NCBI GenBank assembly: GCA_002104905.1
Contig: MCFE01000052.1
Location: 131,876-195,875, forward strand
DNA: 64,000 nucleotides
DNA from: Basidiobolus meristosporus CBS 931.73
Lineage: Eukaryota; Fungi; Basidiobolomycota
Reading direction: 5' to 3'
Position numbers and translations under genes: made by a program. Position 1 is the first letter of the stretch. Each line of letters begins with the position of its first letter. The notes below the pieces were generated by a model. That model did no database searches. It was not told where the DNA came from and was given only the letters and a program-made list of their open reading frames with translations. Shown here one piece after another: positions 13,418 through 28,026 of the stretch.

Positions 13418-16400
13418 CTAGAGGTGGCTTTCTTCAGGCTTTGGTGTGGCGAGCTCTTGTAAGATAGGATCAGACATTTCCTTGGTCACAACCATCCCCA
13501 AAGGTCGATTTTTCGGTTGGAAGGATGGATTCAGCGAGCTTACTCGGACTGGAGGGCTCTTTGTTCTGGGTTGCTCAATCATCGTGCTCTGTATGCAGGT
13601 TGTTGATGAGGTAGAGACGGGAAGGTCGTCAAGTGTTGGTGGTTTCGAGGCGTTAGTATCTGGGGCCAGCAACTTACGAAGTTGCCCCAAGGCGTTACGT
13701 ATATCTTCAATGTTGACATTGTTTAAATCAAACTCGTCTCCAAATACTTCAGCAACGGTGGCAGCGATAGGCTCATATTTCCTAAGGTACAGGGTGGAGA
13801 AGGCATTTTCAATTCGCGCTACCAACCCTTCTAGTATCCGGATCAATTCATGGTCTTCCGCATTATCCTTGACATGGAACGTAAGTAAGCCACTCAAGTA
13901 GTCCGTTCTTGAAGCACGGCGACTCATCTGGCTGATATTTCCGGAGGCCACACGCTCAAGGCGTATGCAGATATATCCCAAGGAGCGAATCAACGCAGGA
14001 TCGATGGTCTGTATAAATGCTTTCTCATAAGTAACCTCTGGCTCTTCCTTTGCCTGTGCCTCTTGCCAGCGAGCCCATCGAGCTAACAGAGATCTGGGGA
14101 AAATCAAGGACAACTCCTCGGGGTTCTCGAGGCCCTTCAACTTCCGTTCACCAAGTTTGACCACCTCTAGTCGCAGCTGTTTCAGCGCCAGTTCATCTCT
14201 GCCTAGCTCGGTAGTCGGTAAATCTTCTGGGACATCGGACTCTGGAGATTCGTCAAATATTCCTTCGATATTGTTGATTTCGTTGATCACGTCGGAGCTA
14301 ACGCAGATTTGGCCACCGTCAGCTACGTTGCAAATACGGGCAGATCGATTTACCATCGGGCCAAAGTAGTCCATGCGGTTCGTAATCGGATCATTTTCGC
14401 ATACTGGTTTACCGTAATGAAGCCCCATTCGAACCGATAATCCACGATAGAGGAGCTCATTAGTAAGGCCGGGTGCGAAAATTTCTCGGCCATCTTCCGA
14501 ATTCAAAATCTCCTGGGGCCAGTCCGCTTGAAGCAGTTGTAGCTGCACAGTAAGACACCACCTCAATGCTGATGACACAGTGGGGAATGATACCATGAAG
14601 GCATCTCCTTCGGTCTTGACCTCGTAACCACCTATAGCACGCAGTAGACGACGTAGAATTTTGTTGTGGATTTTGATCGCAGAGTTCATCGCATTCGGAA
14701 GTGTCTCCCATAAGAATGTCGAGTTCTTGATGTCAGTGAACACCATTGCGACTGTACCCTTAGGGGGTTGCACTTCTCGGTCCAACCGCGCCAAGGTGGA
14801 ATCTCCAGGAAGTTCATCCTTTCCACGGCGATTTTTGCGGTAAAGTATAGCTTCATCATAGCCTTCAGCGAAGCCAAACATGCCTTTACCAGGGTGAAAT
14901 TGCTGGCTACTGCCATTCATCCCTTGTCGTGGTCGTCTGTTGAACAGGTCGCCGACCCCAATGATCATCACAACGATGCTCTCACTAGCACCGTACGTGA
15001 TGGCAAAGTCACGGAGTTTCTGAGTGGCCAACATCAAGTCAAATCTGGAGGTGCAAGCAATGTCTACTGCCGTCTGATAGGATACATAATCCCATAGGCC
15101 TTTGCTAGCCATGATGACGAACTCGTCTTGCTCACACAACTCAATTTTCTGAATCGCTGGGTTTGCATTTACTGCAGGCAGCAGATTAAACTGTCCAAAG
15201 CATCTGCCGACCTCGACTTGACCCCCGACGAAGCCATTTGAGGATATCCAACCGGCTGAATCTCTGATTCGGTTGATTTCTTTCTGGCTCGAAGGGGAGT
15301 GTTTGGTAGATATCAGTTGAGCGCTACTTCCACGAGAGATTACGGCCAATACATCTCCAACATTGGCAACATAGAGAGTTTTGTCCGAAATGTAGATCAC
15401 CAAGGCAGAGGCGCCCGCATTTCTTCCCTTTTCAATGAACTGCGTGCCTAACTCCTTCTCAATCCCAAGGAATGTGCGCCGCAAAGCATCCTCCGGCGTT
15501 TCTGATGAATCGCGCAACTTCTTAAGCTCGGAGGTGAATTGATAGGTAAACCAGTCATTCAAGTATTTCGAAAACGATGATCCTCCCCGCTTTACATTGA
15601 TGGAGTCAAACAAAGCAAACAGGCATTCCTTCTCGGAACTCCGGAATCTGGGAACCGCTAGATCCCATGAGCACAGTGCTCCAGATGAGCCAAGGTAATC
15701 GGCCATACCATAGCTCATGTAGTTCACTTCTGATGTGGAGGTACGGATTCTACGGTTCTCCGTCTCCTCAGGCACACCCACCATCAAGGTGACATCCATC
15801 AAGCCGAGTACACTAAGAACCTGCAACGAGCTGAAATCAGCCAAATTCCTCTCCCTGTTCGGATTGAGATCAGTGTGATTGTTTTTGATCTGCAAACGTT
15901 TGTTTCCGGAAAGATTCAGGTAGCGGAGCTCGCGATTCCAGTTCCAGTTCCAATCGTATGGCCAGTTCGAGATGTTGTATTTCAAATTGTTACTACCCAC
16001 ATCTAGCACCTCCAGCTTTCCTATTTTCCCGAGTTCAGCTGGTAATGTATGTAGCTTATTGGCATTCACATGGAGTGTACGCAGGCTGCGAAGACGTTCA
16101 ATTTCATCCGTAGGCAGGGAGCTTATCTGATTGCCAGATAGATATAGCTCCACCAGATTCACCAGGCCGAACAAGGTGTTTGGAGGAATCTCGTAGATTG
16201 CATTGAAAGAGACGTTTAAAACTCTGAGCTCGGTTAATAAACCGACGAGAGGGAAAATATCATCGGTCAAGCGATTATCTCCCAAATACAATTTCTGGAT
16301 ACATAGAGTCAGCGGGGGCGGCGCAGTACGAGATAACGCACTCTCCTTTACCGGAGTGACAGGCGAAGTGGGCGCGTCAAATGTAGGTGGCAATACGGTT

Positions 16401-19303
16401 GGAGCTGGGAAAGTTTCTAGAAGGTTTGAACTTGCGTTCAAGACGGTAAGCCTTGGGCACCACCAAAATTCTTCTGGTAGAGTCTTCAAGTTGTTATTGT
16501 GCACGTCTAGCACTCGTAGATCAAGTAGGCTAGCAATCTCAACTGGCAGCGCACCAAGTAGATTGTTGGTACAGCTCAACACCTGCAGATGCTTCAAAGC
16601 ACCAATGCAGCTAGGAATGGACCCAAGGTGATTGTTATCCAGCTTCAATCTCTGTAGTCCTCCCAAATGTTCAAACACGTCATCCGGAAGCGTAGATAAT
16701 TTACTCGAAGACAAGTTCAGATCTGTGAGGGTATTCGACACGCACGAGAGATTGAATTGGGTCAGGTGGTTCTTCGACAAAGTCAAATGCTGAAGAGACT
16801 GGAACTGGGCAGTAAGATTGGACACCGAGTTGTGATCGCTGAATAATCTTTGCAAGCGAGGTAGAGATGCCAGCACATCCAAGTCATGGATTTTGTTCTG
16901 GTGTATATCGAGCTCGACCAATTGCCGAAGGTTTTGGAACCCTTTGGGCAAAGATCCAGTGATCTGATTGCAGGATAAATGCAGCGTCTCCAAGTTGAAC
17001 AGTTTCCCAATACTTTCTGGGAGCAAATGAAGCCGGTTGTACGATACATAGAGTTCTCTGAGGTTGACAAGCTCGCATACCGGATCAGGGAATTCGGTGA
17101 ACTTGTTGTTGGATATGTCAAGGGTCGTTAAGGTCTGAAGCTCCATGAACTCGGGTGGCAGTGTGTTGATGCGATTGTTGAAAAGATAAAGCCTGTCCAA
17201 TGTCGTGATGGAATGCAACTGAGCGGATTCGACCTCTTTCAGTCTATTGTGGGATAAATCCAAACACTCCAGTTTGCTAGCATAACGAATACTATTCGGA
17301 ATGTGCTTGTATTCGTTGTTTCGTAATTTCAAATCTTTCAAGTTGGTGCAGACCTGAATGAAATCTGAGGGAATATCCAACATCAGGTTTTTCGAGAGGT
17401 TTAACGTGACAATGCTGGATGCGTGTTTGAATAGTAAGATCGGGACCGTCTGCAGATTGCGTGAAGGGAGGTTGACCTCTTCAAAGCTAGCTGGCCAGGA
17501 TTCCTAACATACGTATTAGCAATTGTCAAGGTTTATGCTCTATCAAAGTCAACATACCACGTTGGTGGTCTGCAAACTATTCAAGCTAAATGTGAACCGA
17601 CACAGATAGGTGTTATCCTCTCGGCATTGATCCCTTAGCTTGTCTTTGCTGGTATATCCCATTTGCTCCAACATCCGTTTAAGATATTGGATAGGTCGTT
17701 CTTGAGGTGCAAACATTCTTACTAATGATATAAGGCATAAATGAAAGGAAAAGCCTCTACGATGCTGCTGGATATATTACCAAGACCATGCCGATGGACG
17801 TAGAGGTTGTATTTCAGTGGTTCCGTAAGAAAGAATTTACGTCCTAGAATTTCACATAGATCAGCAGCGACGATGTGGATGGGAACAGTGACGGTGCCGA
17901 AAGTAGAGTCTTCACGAAATATGCGAATGCAAAACTAAAGAGATATTAGCACTACTTCAATTCACATGGTGCATGAGTCAGTAATTACCGGCTCGTTGCT
18001 AGCAAAGAGGTTCTCTTTTTCTACTTGTTGTACCTCCTGGTCATCCTCTTCGTCGTCGGTAATTTGATGACTGGAGGACGGCAGGACAACTGCCCAAGAT
18101 TCTGGTGGGATCCAGGCCTCTGTGGATTCCTTTCTATGTATGGCATCACTCCATTCCTCCAGTCGCATGAAATTCTCCCCGCCCTCGATAAATGATGCAA
18201 CATGCGCTCTACTATTAGCTCTAGCTATCGCCTCGGGATTAACAATTCCATCCATTTCCACTAGATTCTCGAAAAGTAAATCACCATACAGAACTGAGAA
18301 GAGCTCAACTTGAATACATACATTCGGTCCCGTTGATCCCGCGAATCTGATAAAAAGCTAAAATTGGTACCATTTACTAGAATAAACATTACAAGATGTG
18401 AGATATTTACCGGCTGTAAGTCATCTTCATTTCGCTTATGATGCCTGGGCCAAGCACCGTCACTACCACGGCGCTTTGGAAAATACGATGACTCATCGCT
18501 TCCAAAGCTTTTATCAGAAGAGTGGGAGCCTTTCCTATTAACATCTGTTGGCATAGTAAGTACGTCATCAATTGCCACCCCGAGCGCTTGTTGTGTCAAA
18601 AGGAGTTTACCATCTGTGCTGCTCACTTTCTCTTTGCTCTTTCGCTTGCCGAACTGGAAGAACTTTTTCTTTTCCTTCTCCTTGGTTTGGTTCAAATGTG
18701 AAGCAGCTGGTATAAAATTCTCCGGGATTTTATTCCTCAGAGATTTCCAAACCCCAGCGTGCGTCTGAGAAGCAGTACTATTGGAGCTGGGTGAGTTCTC
18801 ATAATTCGAGCCCATATACGTGTGAGTGCTGTCTTTGCCCTCCCGTGACATATCTAAAGCCATGGAGGATGTTCTACTAGGGGTAGTGTTATTTAAGCCT
18901 AGATGGCTTGAAGACGAGGATTTGCGCAATTCTTTAGCTGAGGAGAAAGGGCTATGGCCTTCCTGTATACAGAGGAATAGGGAAGTTCGTTGTTTGTGAG
19001 TAAAGATGGATGTTGCGTAGAAGTGCAGGCTTCCCTTTGGAAATACCAGCAGAGTGTAGGAGAAGCCGAAATACCAACCTCTGAGGGAATAGTTAAATCC
19101 TTCTGGAAATTATCCAAATATGAAGGGGATGGTGAGGGATATATATTAATATCTGGCACAGTGGTCTTGTCGTTCAAGTAATACGTTTTGATAGGCTCCG
19201 TTTTCAACCGGTCAAGTGAAGCGCAATCGTGAAGATATAGCGGGTTTTTCGTGAGAGTGTCGGTAGTGGTGTTATCTTGTTTGTTCGTATCAGGTTTTGG
19301 CAT
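13418..19303 (-). CDS. CYR1: Fungal adenylate cyclase (N-terminal low-complexity region, Ras-association region, LRRs, PP2C-like domain, class III cyclase); 5' exon structure uncertain
   Basis: 1321-aa ORF with many LRRs, a PP2C-like domain ('LYVANVGD', 'SKGLWDY') and catalytic motifs 'VFTDIKNST', 'GYEVKTEGDAFMV', 'RMDYFGPMVNRSARI'. Upstream ORF segments at 17962-19303 are on the same strand, separated by GT-AG introns. Confidence 0.95.
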
Positions 19304-19795
19304 AACGAAGGCCAGGGTAAATATAGACTAAAACAGGTTGATATCAGAAAGCAAATTGGTTAGTGGGAAATGGGAAACACTCAGCGGTATATTCCCCAGG
19401 CAGAAAGAACGCGCAGGGTCGACTCCCTTCTAAAGAAGGGAATTCATATATGCCACCAGGAAACATAGGACTTACTGGCTGGACTAAGGTATCACCGATA
19501 ATATACAAAACTCAAAGTGGAATGGAGGCAGAGCTTAAAGAAGAGAGAAAATGATTCTTGCTAAATCGCAACGAATGATTGCTGTGAATATAGACTGATA
19601 TGGGATGATGACTTGAAATAGGAGAAGCGATAGGGGAATACAGATCAAATCACAAGAACACTCAACCTCGTATGTGAGAAAATCCATGGGTGGGTCAGGT
19701 AAGTGTAGGCTTAGTTCGGCAACGTGAGATTTGTTGCGAAATCGCTGAAGATTAGATGAACAGACATGCCGCAACAACCACATTCGATTCATGGG

Positions 19796-19864
19796 TCAAT
19801 AAGAAACATGCATAAAGAGGTGTCAAGTTCAATAAGAAACATGCATAAAGAAGTGTCAAGTTCA
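19796..19864. repeat. 33-bp tandem duplication (2 copies, 1 mismatch)
   Basis: TCAATAAGAAACATGCATAAAGAGGTGTCAAGT followed by TCAATAAGAAACATGCATAAAGAAGTGTCAAGT. Confidence 0.9.
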
Positions 19865-20286
19865 TTGGGTGTCACACAAACGGCATCAGCAACACCGACT
19901 GCTGGGGACGGGGGTCGAACGGATCCAACCTCCGCCTCTCATATATTTCAATCTCCTCCTTTCGTGTATATTAGAGTGAACCTATCAACTGGAATTGTGC
20001 AACATTAGCCGTCTGACTGGTGATCGATAGCAGTTAGTTATATGCATCATTGTTTTATATCTTTTGCGGATTCGTCAAGCTGATAATAAATAGGAAGCAT
20101 GGATATCAAGTAGAAACGGGATGTTAGAGCAAAAGAAGAAAATAAAAGTGGGTGGCTTAGGGAATTTAGGAAGGGCACCGAAAATAAGGTGGATTAAATA
20201 CATGAGAAATATTAGACTTGGAAGGGCTTTTAGATTAGACTGGCAATCGGTCAGCGGAAGAATTATGACAGCAGCAGAGAGATGGT

Positions 20287-23200
20287 TTACGAAAGTGCAT
20301 GATACCACTGGTCGATCTGACCAATCCAATCATCCATTTCCACTTGGGATGGTGCTTGCAGCAGATACGAATTGTGGCTGGTGTAGATGGCAAATACATG
20401 TTTTCGCTAGCAAATGGATGCGGTTAGTGATTAGCTACGGGACGTGGGGAACTGGCTTACCTGTAGCATGTTTTCGAGGTCTTGTTGGTAGTCCACTCGC
20501 ACAGCAGTCAAGTTGATCACGGCTTGCTCGTCTGACTCGGAATTATTGGAATACATGAATAAGTATGGCCGGCGAATAACAAACCACTTTTTGGACCAGT
20601 TGAAGATGTCCTGCGGGTTCTCCGGGTAGAACAGATATCCCTTCTTAGCCACTGTGTCTGATTTGTTGATGATTTTGACTTGAGCCGTGAGCTTCACTTG
20701 GTCTTTGATGGATCCAATTGATTGAACTGGAGTCTTAGAAGACCCTTCCGAAATAGAAGGGGGTGCCGATGCCCCTATGGCACTATCATCAAACGAAGAT
20801 TCTGCTCCCCCGATGCCCAATTCTTCAGGAAGGGGTGGGTTTGGATCGATCACAATCTCATCATCAATGCTACGTGTCGGTCGCTGCCACAAGGCGACTA
20901 CTTTTTGGCAGAGCTCCTCGGGAGGAATTCCGCTGGGGCCTGGCGTCTGCATCCCTAGAAGCTCCCTCATCTTTAATAACTGCCTGGTGTCCTCAACATC
21001 CTCTACAACACGAATACGCTCGTGGATCCGGCGATATTCTTTGACGAGGGATACCCCACGGGGCTTCCACCCTCCCAAAAACTCTTCTCCGCGGATGTAG
21101 GTCGATGCAGTATTCATTCGCCACAATTCAGTCAACTTGCGAGTAATCGGGGGCTTCAGGGTTACTTGGAATACGGTGCTCATTTTGTAGAGCTGTTTGT
21201 TGGAGCCGCCTAGGAATTTCATCAGGCCTTTTGTAAGAGTGCGGCTCTCCCGTCCTTGGACTTGAACAGCAATATCCATGCTAAAGCTGATTGGTTCGGA
21301 TACACGGTCAGCTTCAAGTTCCCAACTCAGCGTCATCATAACACGATGGTTCGAGGCAGTGGCTCTATTAAGGAAGATGGAATCATGCAACGAACTATCC
21401 CAAGATGCCTGAGCAATTAAACAACTGGTTCCATCAGGTCGGTACACTACGGATTGCGACGGGACTATATTCAATTCGAGATCTTTACGTGGCTTGGACT
21501 CGATAATTCGGGCTCGATTTTCAAGTAATCGAACGCGACTAACCTTCATCTTGGTGACTTTCGTCCATTCGAATTGATGCCCGCTGTTGTGGGATAGTGT
21601 CAGGACGATTCGACGCTGCAGGCCCTGGCGTAGCGTAAACGCTCCCGAGTCCATAGCGTTGGTGGTCTGTACTGGTACAGGAATATACTCTCCTGTCGGA
21701 GTCAATTCGCAAATCTGTGCCCAAGCTAACACGTCGTGATGCTCCTCCGCAACCAGTTCTTCATCAGACCTTCTCTCCACTGGCTTGGATCTATCGGAGG
21801 TAATACTGACGGTATCGGGTAACGGCACAGCGTCACTACCCTCTTGCTGGGAATCCCATTGCTCGATTTCAAACAGCACTTTGGGCCTGGCACGGCCATA
21901 CACTTCAAATGTGAGATGTCCAGAGCGGAGATGACTCAGGCTCTCCTCTGTCAACATCATAGAGATGATTTGATGGTAGCCAAAGTAAATAGGCGAGCTC
22001 TCGAAATCAGTGACCGGATCAGTGGCGAAAATCTTGTCATTTTCCGAGAGCGGCTTGACACTTCCAAACCCGGCCAGTCGGAATTGGCAATGGACTTGTG
22101 TGTAATCATCTTCGGAGAATCCGGACAGTTCAATTATACTGACTTTGAATTTCAGCTGATCCCCTACGGCGAGAGATTGCGGTGTATTCATTTCAGCTTC
22201 CTCAACCCCATTTACGGTGGGGGAGACAAGTGGTGTGACTATTCCGTTGGTGTCTTTCTCAGTGACCGGGGACAGAGCAATGCGGCAATAGCCTTTGATT
22301 CTACCGGTGTACCTGCAAAGCACTGGGATGTTATGCTCCTGGGCCAGATTGTACAATAGATTCTTGAGATACACAGAAGCGCCACCGATGAGAGTAAAAG
22401 AGGTGGGTGGATCTTCATAGAAGGGCTCCTCGAAATTGAAATGCTTCCTGTAAGTAGGCTGATCAATGTAATTGTACAATTGACGCATGCGTCTCAATCG
22501 AGATTTGAGCTTGTCGATCGACCAGGTATAGATCACCTCGTTCTTCATATCGATTACTTTGACTCCTATGCATGGTTTGGCGCACTCGAATAAGTCTGAA
22601 TCCTCCTGGTTATCGAATTGATTTAATGCCGACATACATTCCCAGAATGAAACGGGCTGAATAAACGGATAATCCTCCACAATGGTGAATTGGTAAGTAA
22701 CCTGTTTCCCTAGCTCTTTACTGATGACATTGGCCTCCTTCAAAACAACAGCATTGGTGAGAACTGTTTCGGCCATATTGACGGTACGACGAGCGCGCAT
22801 ACGATCAAGTGTCCAGTTGATTAATTGCTTTTCCCGCTCGGTATAGACAACCGGTTCCTCGTAGTACGCGCCGGGGGGTAAAGTAGAAATGCGTCTAATT
22901 TTTTTTTCGTATTCATCTCGCTGCTTTACCAACATCTGCTCCATTTTAACTTGGGTCTCTTTCAGTTTCTCCTCTAGAGTCTCTCTTTCGATTGTCTGCT
23001 CCGGAGACTTGCTTCCTGTTTCGAGTTTTTTGAGCTTCTCTTCGTAGCCTTGCTTTTGAACCTCCAACTGCTGCTGCATTTCATTCCGCGCTAGATGAAG
23101 CTTCACCTCAAATTCAAGACGAGCTGGGTCAGGGCTGGTTAACATTAAAGCATCCTCGCCGTCTCCATCTTTGATACTCAAAGGAAATGGTGTACCATCG

Positions 23201-25502
23201 GCATTATACATCGAGTTTGCTACTTCTTTCCAGGCAAAATTCCAATCCACCACTTCCGATGCTAAGGAGACAGTAGATGTGGGAGATTCGGGTCTCTCGT
23301 GCTCATCGGGTGTTGGTGATGAGGCTTCGGGAAAGACGGAATTACTGAGCGCGCTCTTTTGCATATCACGCTCACGTCTAACCTCTTCCGGGTTGTTGAA
23401 ACGAAACACATGATTGTCCCCGAGAATAACACGAAAGCCGGATCTTAATCTCTTAGGCTCGATGCATCGTCGTCCGTTCACCATTGTCATACTATTCTCA
23501 TCAGCATGCAAGGTGACAACCCCGTTGTTGTTTTCAAAATAGCAGTGTTCTTCGAGAATATTGGAGCCACTAAGTCGAATATCCGCAGGTACATCAGAAT
23601 CCATTCTCCCAACCTTAGTCACACCAAACTTTAAGTTGTAAACAAGACATTCAGACATCAGTGGATCTTCGTTTAGATTAACCAGATGCGGTACTCGCTT
23701 CGGAGAGTATACGCCAACTTGATTCTTTTCAATGGAAATTCCCAATTCTTCAAGAACCTTCTCCCGCTCAGCTTGGATGTCTTGAGTTTTCTTCAATTTG
23801 TCTTCCCACGACTCGTTCAGCTCAGCCATAAGTTTCTCTGACGCTTGAAGTTGTTCTCTAATTTTCCCAGCTGGCCCAGAAGTAAGCCCAGGGCTAGAGC
23901 TGACGTAGCTACCCCCGCCTGCTGCAAGTGCTTCGGCTTCAGCTGGGTCGTAGGCAACCAGCTTCGTACGAAGCATTTGTAGCTCCTCTTTGAGCTCACG
24001 GATCAACTTGGCATTTGGATCCTCGTTAACAACAGCCTTGTTCTGGATCTTCTTTGCACGATCCGCGTAACGAAGCGTACTCAACGTTTCATCGTAATCG
24101 GCAGCAGAAATTGCTGCGATCATAGCAGTTTTGGAGTTTCCACCAAGAGAATCTTTCAGAAGCCAGGTAAGAATCTAGCAAGGATCAGTAACAGCTATAT
24201 GTACGAACAGTCTGCGAATAGCACAGATACTCACCGAATCTCTGTATGGTACGAATTCGTCCTTTTTGCTCTTCTTCTTGGTGGATGCCTCCGCCAGGGC
24301 GGAAATAACCTTACCGAGAGTTGTCAAAGATTTGTTGATATTGGCACCTTCTTTCAATCTAGTTCCCGTTGCCCCGGTGGAATCCGCTCGCTCACTTCCA
24401 GCAAGATCTACAAGACTAAATGGCAGAGATGCGTTAAAAATCAGGGTTACTACCCATGGCAGGGGGATACCTCAGAATAGGTGGTTTTACCTAATTTTCG
24501 ACACTTTTTCCGAAGACATCTTGGTTTGCTGGTCATATCTGATCTGGGTCAATATGAGGGTAAAGACAGCATGCGAACGACTAGACGTTTCGTTCATGTT
24601 GGTTGCAGCAACTGTTCTAGACTGGGTGTTTCCGAAGCAACAGATTAAGTGTCCCGAAGAAAGTGGTGCATCCGAGCGCGTAAGTTGGCCATGTTCCTAC
24701 CTTGTTACCGGCATCCATAAGCGCCTCGATATCAGCGAATGACGTCACCATAAGCTTGGAGAGGTCTTCAACATATGGGCCCATACTTGGATGCTCACGA
24801 ACTTTCATGTTTCCTTTCGCCTTTGGGTTCAACAGATCTCGAACTCTTTCGCAATAAATTTCCATATATGATACTTGCACGTTGTATTTTACATCCGGGT
24901 CATCGTTTGAATCAATCCGATGGAACAACTCGCAACATGTCAGAGGGATAATTCCCTTATCCTCACCGTATCCCATCTTGTAGCAAGAAGAATTGATGAA
25001 TTTAGTGGCAAGTCAGTAAAGAGATGCATGTTATGGTCGGCTTACCATAGAGTATGATTTTCCAGAACCTGTCTGACCATCTATCATAAAGTAGAACAGT
25101 AGAAAAGTTCAGTTTCAACGACAACAGCGTAGGGCCTTTTCAGAAAATCGTTGCTCTTACGTACAAGCAAAAATACAAGTATTGTAGCCGCCAAAGGCGT
25201 GGTCCAGCAACTCTTCACCCAAGTCATTGTACAAGGTAGCCTGAGAGGCGTAGGTTGGATCGTTCTTGTCAAATGACCAGTACGAGCGATCAAAGGCAAA
25301 GGACTTCACACTGTTATCATCTGGCTTCGTGATGAAAGTTTGATTTCCCTCCATCCGGATGAGGCACGTTGCCCCTCTCGCCTTCTCTATTGTATCATTC
25401 GTATTAAAAGATGATTCCAAAGAGCATTGTCCAAGCTAAAATGGTTTTACCTCTGGCATTGAGAGGACGGCAACGAACAACGACTTTGATATTGTTACTC
25501 AT
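20287..25502 (-). CDS. UNC104: Kinesin-3 (KIF1/UNC-104 family): motor, FHA, DUF3694-like region, C-terminal PH; multi-exon
   Basis: Start [17 protein letters not shown] at 25502. Also 'FAFDRSYWS', 'GYNTCIFA', '[15 protein letters not shown]', '[16 protein letters not shown]', '[15 protein letters not shown]', FHA '[16 protein letters not shown]' and PH 'KKGYL...WSKKWFV'. Last exon ends ...WYHALS* (TAA at 20287-20289). Confidence 0.96.
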
Positions 25503-26685
25503 GTAGACTATCAATCAATCCGGAGTAATGATGATACTGTTACTAGTCGCCTCCACAAGTACAAGGTACGCTCAACGTTTGGAGAGTTGGATAAAAATGA
25601 GAAAGCAATTAGACGCCGATGATGTTGAAACGCCTATGTCGGTGAAGGTTAATGGACGTGAGATATCCAAAGATTTGATAAATTCTTTCACACACGTTGG
25701 TGAAACTTAAGCTGAATAATGTATTAGGGAATGTTAAGGGATAAAGAAAGGTATATGAAAATAAACAAGCGCAATGAAACAACGGTGTGCAGAAGGAAAC
25801 TAGACCTCTATCAATCAAATAAAAATAAGAGGAAGAACTAACAAAGAATCTCAGAAGCCCAATTGTCAAGCCAAACTCGCAAGACCTTCACACACTGTCT
25901 TGAAGTAATTACCTGGGATTCTAAGGAGAGCGATGCCTCCATCACAAATATCTGTACCCTATTAGCATTCCCCAAATATGCCATCGGTGAGCTCATTGGG
26001 TACAAAGTATCGATAGCCAAAAATGTCGGAGATTTCCAGCATACTCCGATAAATTTCATTATGTAAAGTGCATAAAGCTATGGGACTGTGTGGTAGTGTA
26101 TTACAACCTCTACCCTATCACTAAAAGAGCCCAATCCATATGATATGACTGAAATGGAGGTATGATGAACTCTTAATATTTGTGTTATGAAATAAATCCT
26201 AGCATTTATTGCATAGCATGGATCAGTGACCATTTAGAAATCCGATCCAACTCGACCTTTTATGTTGGAATCATAAACACAACACTGAACCCACAAGATA
26301 AGAGGCAACTATATGGATCTACGTGCTGTGAGATTACATTCTATACTTGTGTTGAATAGAGGTTGGCAAGCGTAAGGGCTGTTGATACACTGTAGTACCA
26401 ATGGCGCGGCAGGTTTTTCTCAAAACCGAGCTTATTCGAACCAGAAAGCACCACTGCCCACCCTTCATCAATGGAAGATGGCGGTCCTCATTGATATCCG
26501 TAAACGAGGATATCGTCTACATGCATGCGCAACTGGGTTCGGTGGTCCATCATATCATGGAGTTGGGCAATTGAGATGGCCGATTTAATTTGGAATTAAT
26601 ATGTTGAAAAACGAGGATGGATCATGTGAAATTGTATAATATATATGCACTATGACAGATGAATGAATTAATGGAGATACGCTTC

Positions 26686-28026
26686 TTAATCTTCAGGTGG
26701 TCGCATATGCTGGGTAGGTTTGGAATACGGGATGTTCCTTTGTTGCAAGTACATGTTGAACAATTTGGAAAACCCGTCTCCCGGGCGTCTGGGCTGCGAT
26801 GTACTCCTATTCACCGCTGGATAGAAATTACTGTCGTGGGGAAAGCACGGATTAAACTCGGTAGTAGTATTCACCACCACTGGCCTGACCGACTCAGCCT
26901 CAGAATACCATGCTCTATTTCCAGTCTCGACTGGTTGGTATTGCAGCTGATCTGTCTTTAGTAAAGGCTGAATCTCTGACCCAATTGAGGTCGAATATGT
27001 AGAATTGAGTGGGCGTGCTCGCTCATTTTCGTACGACATACGCGGAGAAGTCTCTTGCTCAGACTTTCGTTTGGATGTCGTGCTAGGAATATTCTCACTA
27101 AGAGGCGTGGATCAGTATCACTCGGCTGAGTACTCACCGATGGGGCAAACCTCCAATACCTTAAGTTACGAACTCTGTTCTCCTTACGAATCCGAATTCG
27201 TACTCCCTGCTCGGCAAAGTAGCGAGAGAGTAAGGTCGACTCTGACATCCCAGGAAATTGCTTCGGTGCATAGACAGTAAATGGATCCGAAACCGTATCA
27301 TTGATATAGTCGACACTTGTTCTTTGATGAATCGATATTAGCAAATCTCCCGTCGCATCCTGACAACCAAACCTTATTCACAAACCCGTTAATTTCGTAA
27401 AGACTGAAGCGGAGACGAAATTGGCCTTCTAGACGAACAGAGACATCGGGGAATACAAAGAACCCGCCATCTGAAAAAGGGATTTTTGCCAATGTGAATA
27501 CATGCTCGGGGCCGAGTTGCTGCGCTAATAAACATGGCAATACCAGAGTTGTCAATATCCTTCAGTCTGTAAAGGGAGGAAACAGTTGTTCCAGTTAAAC
27601 ACTTTGGATGTATATACTCGGGCTGCGCTGTATCGGCCGATATTAAGCTGACAAAAAGCACGATATTGGGGTTTTGGAAAAGGTCGCTAAAATGACCCGA
27701 TAAAACCAAATCCCGGTTAACTCCTGTGTGGTGACGATATGGTAGCAACAAAGTACATACTCATCTCCATCACCAATATCTATCTGTACAATAGGTGGTG
27801 GGTCGATAGGGCGTCTGTCCACTTTTTCTTTTGAACTACACAGACGAGCATGTACAGGTTGTTGTCTAACTTTCAGCTGACAGGCTCTATAGTATTGTTG
27901 CTAAATCAGTACTTGAACAGGCGAGGGCTTCAAACCACAAGAAGGCACTCACTTTGTTGCGTATGGACGAAAGCACTGCTGCGAGGTCAAAAAGTGAGGC
28001 TGTTGTATACAACCGGGATTATTCAT
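26686..28026 (-). CDS. Velvet-domain transcription regulator, paralogue 1 (multi-exon)
   Basis: Spliced reading gives '[33 protein letters not shown]', '[17 protein letters not shown]', '[26 protein letters not shown]', '[26 protein letters not shown]'. ATG at 28026; intron 27887-27952. Confidence 0.92.
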